A stretch of 64,000 nucleotides of DNA from Gemmatimonadota bacterium (lineage in GTDB: Bacteria > Gemmatimonadota > Gemmatimonadetes > Palauibacterales > Palauibacteraceae): positions 32,001-96,000 of the forward strand of contig JBHIAV010000003.1 of the NCBI GenBank assembly GCA_046758745.1, in the 5' to 3' direction. The first letter of the stretch is position 1. Every line of letters begins with the position of its first letter. The notes under the pieces are model-generated. The model was not told where the DNA came from. It did not search any database and worked only from the letters and a program-made list of their open reading frames with translations. Both the position numbers and the translations under genes were made by a program. Positions 57,975 to 64,000 of the stretch are shown one piece after another.

Positions 57975-60895
57975 CTGCCACACGCCTCTTCCGCCAGCGC
58001 TCGGGCCTCGTCGCGCAGTCCCGCCAGCCGGGCCTCCCCCTCGCTCCATATCGACTCCAACTCGGCCAGGTGCCGGCAGGCGGCCGCCGCGTCGCCGCGC
58101 TCCAGCGCTCTCCGCCCCCGCCGGAGTCGCGCGTACGAGCCTAAAGCCCAATCCACTTCTCCGGCCTGCGCCGGTCCGCTGGCGAAGCCGTCGATGTCGT
58201 TTCCCATGTGCCAGCCGAGGCGCCGGTCAGCCTCTTCGGGGCGGCCGGCCGAATCGGCCCACGCCGCGCCCCACAGGTAGGTCGCGGAACGCGCGAAAGG
58301 GCGCTCGGTACGACCGGCCGAGTCCCAGCCGACCAGCACGGCCGACATGTCCAGCGCTCCCTCGAACTGCCCCTCTCTCGCGGCAAGCCACGCATCGAGG
58401 AGCACAGCCAGCGGCCCCCTTCCCTCCCCACCGGGGGGGCGCAGCGAGTCGTGCCAGGCGCGGCCCGCCGCAACGTCCCCGCTCGCGTACGCATCCAGGG
58501 CCAGCGCCCAGGCGGCGTGTCTTTGCACCGGGTCCGGAGCCCGGGGCTCGCCGAGCAGCTCCCGCAGCCCTCGGCGGCCCGCCTCGACCTCCTCCGCATC
58601 CATCGGGTAGACCCCGAGGAGAGGAGGGAGGACCCGCCACTCGGCCGCGTGGGCTCGGAGCGCGGCCGTCGGCAGGGTCGCCGCCGCCGAGTCGAAGAGG
58701 GCGAGCGCGGCGGACGGCCTCCCCAGGTGGACGAGCGCCAGCCCCTGTGCAACCAGGCCGGAGGCCCGGGCCGCCTCATCCGCTCCCCGTGCGGCGGCCA
58801 GTCGGCGGCCGAGCTCGAGCTCCGTAGGCGGGATCCCCAGCGTGAGTCCCCAACGGGCGGCAAACTTCAAGATGGGGAGCGAACCTCCGACCGGCGGTCC
58901 GAACAGGCGGTCGATGCCGAGAGCGGCGCTGTCGGGGAGGAAGCGTTCCAGGAGGGCGTGGCCGAGGAGAATGGGGACGTACGGTACGAACAGAGACTCG
59001 CTTCCCGGTTCCATCGTCCCGCTCGGCTCGCCGGCCGGCTTCGCCGTCACCCTCAGAAGGTGGTCCAGCGTCTCTCGCGCCTCGGCGCGCCGCAGCCGGA
59101 TCTGGGCCCACAGAAGATGGTCCAGGGCAAAGGCGAGGAGCGGGTCGAGGATCCTCGCCGAGTCCAGCTCGGCGATCGCCTCCTCGAGGGCGAAGCCGAC
59201 CAGCGGCCCGCGATGGAAGAGCTCGTCTCCGTAGAAGAGGCGAGCATACCCGTCCTGGGGGTACCGCCGGACGATCCGTTCGTACTTCGCGAGCTTCTCC
59301 CTCAGGCTCGGCTCGATGTAGGCCTCGAGGAGCATGCTGTCCAGCGGACTCAGGTCACCGCTGTACTCTCGGTACACCCGCGTGAGGTCGACTCCCGCCG
59401 GCTTCTGGAGCCAGTTCCGCGCGATGGCGAGGCGCCAGATGGCCAGCGCGAAGGTGGAATCGAGGCCCACGGCCTCGGCGAAGTGGGCCTCCGCCCCGAG
59501 GCGGTCGTCGCACCGAAGCGCCTGTTCGCCGAGCAGGAACGCCTGGAGAGCCCGCGGGCTTCGGCTCCGCAGCCCGCGCAACCCGCGGTTGGGAAAGTCC
59601 ATGTCCGGCCGCACGGTGTTCAGGATGGTAAGGGCGACTTCGGTGCCCAGGACGGTCGGCTCCGCCCGGGAGCCCCGAAGCTGGCGAAAGCGCCCTTTCC
59701 CACTGGAATCCGTGACAGTGATCTCCACGAGCAAGGAGTCCGGGCTGCCGGGCAGGGGCACCATGAACCCGGTGGCGCGAAAGCGTGCCGGAACGAGCTC
59801 CGAGGGCTCGGTCATCAGCGTCGCCGCGCGTCGACGTACCGTGTCGGGAGCGCAGAACGCCGTGCCGGCGGGCGTCAGGGTGAGCCACGGACGCCCCGCG
59901 AGATTGTGGTACACGAGCCAGGCCAGATCCCGGGCGAGCGAGCTGTCCGATGGCTGCGCCTCGAACGGGACGATGCTCAGGTCGGTGAGCACAGGAGTAG
60001 GCTCGGGATCCCTGCCGGCATCGGCGGCGAAGCGCAGCACTGCCTGCAACCCGATCCCGATCCCGAACGCGCCGACCGCCACGGCGGCGATGACGCGGCC
60101 GTACGGCCGGGAGTAGGCCCGCTGCCACGCCTGCCGAAACGCGGCCGCGCTCGACCATCGCTCCGCCGGTTCCCAGGCCAAGGCGATGCGAAGGACACGG
60201 GCCGGCCGGCGGCCCATAGCGGACCACTCACCGTGCTCGGGTCTTTCCATGATCGACCATTTTCGCCCTGCGATCGCCTCGTACAGCACCATGCCGACGG
60301 CGTAGATGTCGGTGCGCGGCGTCACCTCGGCCCCGGCGGCCTGCTCGGGCGGCATGTAGCCGGGGGTGCCCATCTTCCCCCCGGGCCGGGTTAGGGGGGT
60401 GACATCGGAGTCGAGCGTCTTCGAGATGCCGAAGTCGCCGAGGAGAACGCGGCCGTCGACGAGGAAGATGTTGCCCGGCTTGATGTCCCGGTGGACGATG
60501 CCGAGGGTGTGCGCCGCGTCGAGCGCGGCGAGAAGATCGCTTCCGAGCGTGACCGCCTCCCGGCGGCTCAACGGGCCTCGCCGCAGCCGCGCCTCCAGCG
60601 TCTCGCCCTCGACGAAGTCCATCACATAGAAGAAGAGGCCGTCGGCCTCCCCTCCCTGGTGGACGGGCACGACGTTCGGATGGCGGAGACTGGCGAGAGT
60701 GCGGGCCTCGCGGTGGAAGCGCTCGGTCGCGGCGGCGGTGGCGAGCTCCGGGCGGAGGATCTTGATCGCCACCCGACGATCGAGCGCCCGGTCTCGCCCG
60801 AGGAAGACCGTGCCCATGCCGCCGGCGCCGAGCTCCCGCTCGACATCGTAGTGCGGCGCCAGGGCGCGTCGCACTCTGTCGAGAAGCGACGTCAT
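57971..60895 (-). CDS. Hanks-type Ser/Thr protein kinase with TM segment and TolB-N/TPR-like C-terminal region
   Basis: [68 protein letters not shown]. Confidence 0.92.
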   Translation of the reverse strand: MTSLLDRVRRALAPHYDVERELGAGGMGTVFLGRDRALDRRVAIKILRPELATAAATERFHREARTLASLRHPNVVPVHQGGEADGLFFYVMDFVEGETLEARLRRGPLSRREAVTLGSDLLAALDAAHTLGIVHRDIKPGNIFLVDGRVLLGDFGISKTLDSDVTPLTRPGGKMGTPGYMPPEQAAGAEVTPRTDIYAVGMVLYEAIAGRKWSIMERPEHGEWSAMGRRPARVLRIALAWEPAERWSSAAAFRQAWQRAYSRPYGRVIAAVAVGAFGIGIGLQAVLRFAADAGRDPEPTPVLTDLSIVPFEAQPSDSSLARDLAWLVYHNLAGRPWLTLTPAGTAFCAPDTVRRRAATLMTEPSELVPARFRATGFMVPLPGSPDSLLVEITVTDSSGKGRFRQLRGSRAEPTVLGTEVALTILNTVRPDMDFPNRGLRGLRSRSPRALQAFLLGEQALRCDDRLGAEAHFAEAVGLDSTFALAIWRLAIARNWLQKPAGVDLTRVYREYSGDLSPLDSMLLEAYIEPSLREKLAKYERIVRRYPQDGYARLFYGDELFHRGPLVGFALEEAIAELDSARILDPLLAFALDHLLWAQIRLRRAEARETLDHLLRVTAKPAGEPSGTMEPGSESLFVPYVPILLGHALLERFLPDSAALGIDRLFGPPVGGSLPILKFAARWGLTLGIPPTELELGRRLAAARGADEAARASGLVAQGLALVHLGRPSAALALFDSAAATLPTAALRAHAAEWRVLPPLLGVYPMDAEEVEAGRRGLRELLGEPRAPDPVQRHAAWALALDAYASGDVAAGRAWHDSLRPPGGEGRGPLAVLLDAWLAAREGQFEGALDMSAVLVGWDSAGRTERPFARSATYLWGAAWADSAGRPEEADRRLGWHMGNDIDGFASGPAQAGEVDWALGSYARLRRGRRALERGDAAAACRHLAELESIWSEGEARLAGLRDEARALAEEACGR

Positions 60896-61142
60896 TCTCA
60901 TCCCGATGAGCGAGCCCCGATGCGAGTTCCGGCCCGCGATCACCGCCGCCGCGCCGTGGGCCCCGGGATGGTTCCAGGCCCGCACAGGCCGCCGCGGAAC
61001 GCCCGAAACTCTTTGCAGAGTAGAGACCCGCTCCGCTCGCGGCAAGCGCGGGCGGCGCTGCTGCTTGCCGCGCCGTAAGGACCTCTCCTAGCTTGCCGGG
61101 GGTGCCTGTGCACCTCGAAGACCCAGTCACCGGAACCGACCC

Positions 61143-61550
61143 GTGAGCGACGCCGGCATCCACTCCGCTCGGACGGCCACCTTCCGTTCCCTCGTCGAGG
61201 TGTTCGTTCCCGAAGCGACGGGGCTGAACGAAGCGGGATGGTCGGAGCTGGAGCGGCTGGTGGAACGGACCCTTCGGGCGCGGCCGGCGGCGGTCGGGCG
61301 CCGGGTGAGACTCCTGCTCGGGATCCTGCACTGGCTGCCTCTGCTCCGTTTCGGCCGGACCCTTCCCGGTGTCCCCCTCCCGGCCCGATCCCGCCTTCTC
61401 TCCCGCCTGCAGGATTCCCCCCTGCCGGTCCTGCGTCGCGGCGTGTGGGGGCTGCGGACGCTCGCCTTTCTCGGGTATTACGGTCGGCCGGAGGTGGCAG
61501 CGGAGATCGGTTATCGGGCACACCCGCGCGGTTGGGAGGCCCGAAGGTGA
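61143..61550 (+). CDS. gluconate 2-dehydrogenase subunit 3-like accessory protein
   Basis: LRTLAFLGYYGRPEV..EIGY motif directly upstream of a GMC flavoprotein. Confidence 0.7.
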   Translation: MSDAGIHSARTATFRSLVEVFVPEATGLNEAGWSELERLVERTLRARPAAVGRRVRLLLGILHWLPLLRFGRTLPGVPLPARSRLLSRLQDSPLPVLRRGVWGLRTLAFLGYYGRPEVAAEIGYRAHPRGWEARR

Positions 61551-61643
61551 GCAGCTCGTGGCGGTGTGGATCGCGGGAGGGGACGCGGCGTCGCGCGGAT
61601 CGCGGGAATGCCGCGTGGTACAGCGAACCGCAATAGGTCGAGC

Positions 61644-63173
61644 GTGATCGAGCGGTCGGTGGATGTAGCGATCGTCGGCTCCGGGGCCGGCGGCGGGACG
61701 GTGGCCAAGGAGCTGGGCCCGCTCGCCCGCGACGGCAGGCGGGTCCTCGTCCTCGAGCAGGGACCGAAACTCCGGGACGAGGAATACACCGGCCGGGAGC
61801 TCGAGATGGCGGAGGCGCTCTACGCGGCGAATGGCGGCTTCCTGAACGCGGAGGGGACGCTCACCCTGGCCTTGGGTCGCGCCTACGGCGGCTCCACCAC
61901 CGTGTACACGGGAACGTCCCTCGTGGCGCCGGAGCGGGTGATCCGAGGTTGGGACGTCCCGGGCGTCACGCATGCGGACGTGGCGCAGCGCTCGCGCAAG
62001 TACATGAGCGAGAACAACGTGCATCTCCTGGAGCCGGAGCTCATCAACGAGAACAACCGGCTCTTCGTCGACGGGTGCAGGCGCGCGGGCTATCGGGTCG
62101 AGCAGTTTCCGATCAACGTGAAGGGGTGTCTCGGCTCGAGCCTGTGCAACCTCGGATGCCCGAACGGCGCCAAACAGGGAACCGACCGAGTGCAGCTCCC
62201 CGAGGCGGAGCGAAGCGGGGTCGAGGTCGTCACGCGCGCCGAGGTCGTGCGTCTCGAGCGGCGGGCGGTGGTCGTGCGAGTGATCGAGAAGGAAGCGGGA
62301 GCGAAGGGCGAGCCCTCCCCATGGGCGCCGGGCGAGTATCGGGTTCGCGCGAGGGTGGTGGTGCTGGCGGGCGGAGCCGTGGGCTCCCCCGCCCTCCTGA
62401 GGCGCTCCCCGCTCCCGCTGCACCTGCCGCGCGTGGGCCGGGGTTTCACCTGTCATCCGGCTCTCATCCTGGTCGCGGAGCACGATCGGGAGATCACCAA
62501 CGACGTCGGGCATCCGAAGAGCTACTACGTGGACCGGGCGGCAGAGGAGGGATTCGTTCTCGAAACCTGCATGTACTTCCCGTTCGCGACCGCCAAGAGC
62601 CTCACCGGCTTCGGTCCCGACCACAGCCGGCTGATGCGGGCCTTTCCCCGGCTGCAGATGATTCTGGTGCTCGCGTGCGATCGCGCCGTCGCGGCCAATC
62701 GCGTGGACGTGGATCGCACCGGGCAACCCGTCGTGCACTACCGTTTCACGCGCGAAGTGGTGCGCTCGTTCGCCCTGGCCACCCGCGCCGCCGCGCGCAT
62801 CTTCTTCGCGGGCGGGGCGGTGCGCATGCACGCCCCCCTGGCCGAACCGCCCCTGCTCGAGCGAAGCGACGCGGACAGCCTCGAGGAGAGGGTTCGCGAG
62901 CGGCACTTTCGACCCGGCAAGATCTCCGTGTCGGCAGCTCACCTGATGGGCGGCTGCGGGATGGGACGGGACCGATCGGACTCGGTTACTGACGGCTGGG
63001 GCCGCGTGCACGGAGAGCCATGGCTGCGCGTGGCGGACGCGAGCCTCTTCCCGGACGCGCTCCACATCAACCCGTACCTCACGATCATGGCGCTCGCGGA
63101 TCGCGTCGCCGAGGGGATTCGCGCCGAAGCGGCCGATCTCCTGGGAACGGCCCCGGCGGAGAGGCCGGCGTGA
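61644..63173 (+). CDS. GMC family oxidoreductase
   Basis: VAIVGSGAGGG, YGGSTTV, C..C.LGCP.GAK, AHLMGGC, DASLFP..NPYLTI. Confidence 0.92.
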   Translation: MIERSVDVAIVGSGAGGGTVAKELGPLARDGRRVLVLEQGPKLRDEEYTGRELEMAEALYAANGGFLNAEGTLTLALGRAYGGSTTVYTGTSLVAPERVIRGWDVPGVTHADVAQRSRKYMSENNVHLLEPELINENNRLFVDGCRRAGYRVEQFPINVKGCLGSSLCNLGCPNGAKQGTDRVQLPEAERSGVEVVTRAEVVRLERRAVVVRVIEKEAGAKGEPSPWAPGEYRVRARVVVLAGGAVGSPALLRRSPLPLHLPRVGRGFTCHPALILVAEHDREITNDVGHPKSYYVDRAAEEGFVLETCMYFPFATAKSLTGFGPDHSRLMRAFPRLQMILVLACDRAVAANRVDVDRTGQPVVHYRFTREVVRSFALATRAAARIFFAGGAVRMHAPLAEPPLLERSDADSLEERVRERHFRPGKISVSAAHLMGGCGMGRDRSDSVTDGWGRVHGEPWLRVADASLFPDALHINPYLTIMALADRVAEGIRAEAADLLGTAPAERPA

Positions 63174-64000
63174 GCTGGAGCGGCGCCGCGGAGGTTGTTC
63201 GCGCGCTCGAGGACGAGGGGATTCCCTTCGCCTTCGGCATTCCGGGTACGCACAACATCGAGCTGTACGACGCGCTGGCGGAGTCGAAGTCCGTTCGCTC
63301 GGTGCTGGTGACGGACGAGCAGAGTGCCTCCTTCATGGCCGATGGAGTCTGGAGGGCATCCGGACGGCTCGCCTGCGTGAACGTCGTACCCGGTGCCGGG
63401 CTGACGCACGCCCTCTCCGGCATAGCGGAAGCCTTCCTCGACAACGTGCCGCTGCTCGTCCTCGCGTGCGGTATCCGGCGGGACACCGGGATGGGATTCC
63501 AGCTACACGATGTCGACCAGCTCGCCATCGCGCGCCCGGTGACGAAGGGGACGTTCCAGCCGACCGGTCAGGCGGACATCCGCCGGACGATCCGGCACGC
63601 CTGCGCCCTCGCGCGCTCCGGGGCGCCGGGCCCTGTCGTGGTCGAGATCCCCGCGGAGCTGTACATGCTCCGGGGGAGGGGCCAGGAGAGCTTCGCCGAA
63701 AGGGGGGCGCCGGCCACGACGGGCGCGAGCGAGGACCGGCAGGGCGACGACGAGCCGGCCGACGACGATCTCGACGCCGAGCAGCTCTCTGCGGCCGGGG
63801 AGCGCGACGCCGTCGGTGAGCCCGACGCCGGCGATCTGGATCGGGCGGCGGAGATCCTGCGAGAGGCCGCCCGTCCGCTCCTCTACCTGGGCCTCGGCGC
63901 GGCACCGGCGGGGCGACGGCTCGTCGAGCTTGCCGAGCTCCTTGAATCGCCCGTGGCCACGACGATCCAGGGGAAGGGGGTCTTCCCCGAGTCGCACCCG
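63170..64000 (+). CDS. thiamine-diphosphate-dependent enzyme (acetolactate synthase-like), runs off the window
   Basis: My translation from GTG 63170: FGIPGTHNIELYDAL, DEQSASFMADG, PGAGLTH, GPVVVEIP; GTGA overlap with the GMC stop. Confidence 0.9.
   Translation, partial: MSWSGAAEVVRALEDEGIPFAFGIPGTHNIELYDALAESKSVRSVLVTDEQSASFMADGVWRASGRLACVNVVPGAGLTHALSGIAEAFLDNVPLLVLACGIRRDTGMGFQLHDVDQLAIARPVTKGTFQPTGQADIRRTIRHACALARSGAPGPVVVEIPAELYMLRGRGQESFAERGAPATTGASEDRQGDDEPADDDLDAEQLSAAGERDAVGEPDAGDLDRAAEILREAARPLLYLGLGAAPAGRRLVELAELLESPVATTIQGKGVFPESHP

Noticed and set aside
60228-63065. 945-aa minus-strand ORF and similar long antisense ORFs (e.g. 43169-45199, 56611-58827, 58208-60394)
   Set aside because: Shadows of well-supported genes, expected at high GC; no motifs.

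Overview
GC-rich bacterial chromosomal window with about 60 CDSs. The gene style (Ser/Thr kinase-TPR beside a BTAD/AAA regulator, DUF5916 barrel, PilX-type pilin, sdhCAB) suggests Gemmatimonadota or similar, but that is inference. Most content is housekeeping or accessory metabolism: amino-acid dehydrogenase, tandem tenA genes, sdhCAB, HtrA, type II NADH dehydrogenase, cold-shock protein, rpsU, sdpR-sdpI, ferritin, msrB, M16 peptidase, thioredoxin, DUF1800/DUF1501, GMC oxidoreductase. I found no tRNA, rRNA, CRISPR array, integrase or transposase. Most notable: (1) a four-gene non-canonical chaperone-usher-like fibre locus (33033-37627); (2) a coupled 4-TM coiled-coil protein plus vWA/MIDAS lipoprotein pair behind a well-spaced sigma-54 promoter (42441-45159); (3) a TPP riboswitch that appears to lack its 5' half, with a promoter placed to start transcription at the GCUGAGA motif (4785-4870); (4) two collapsed gene remnants (ECF sigma/anti-sigma fusion and MOSC). 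All family assignments come from motif recognition by eye; no searches were run.
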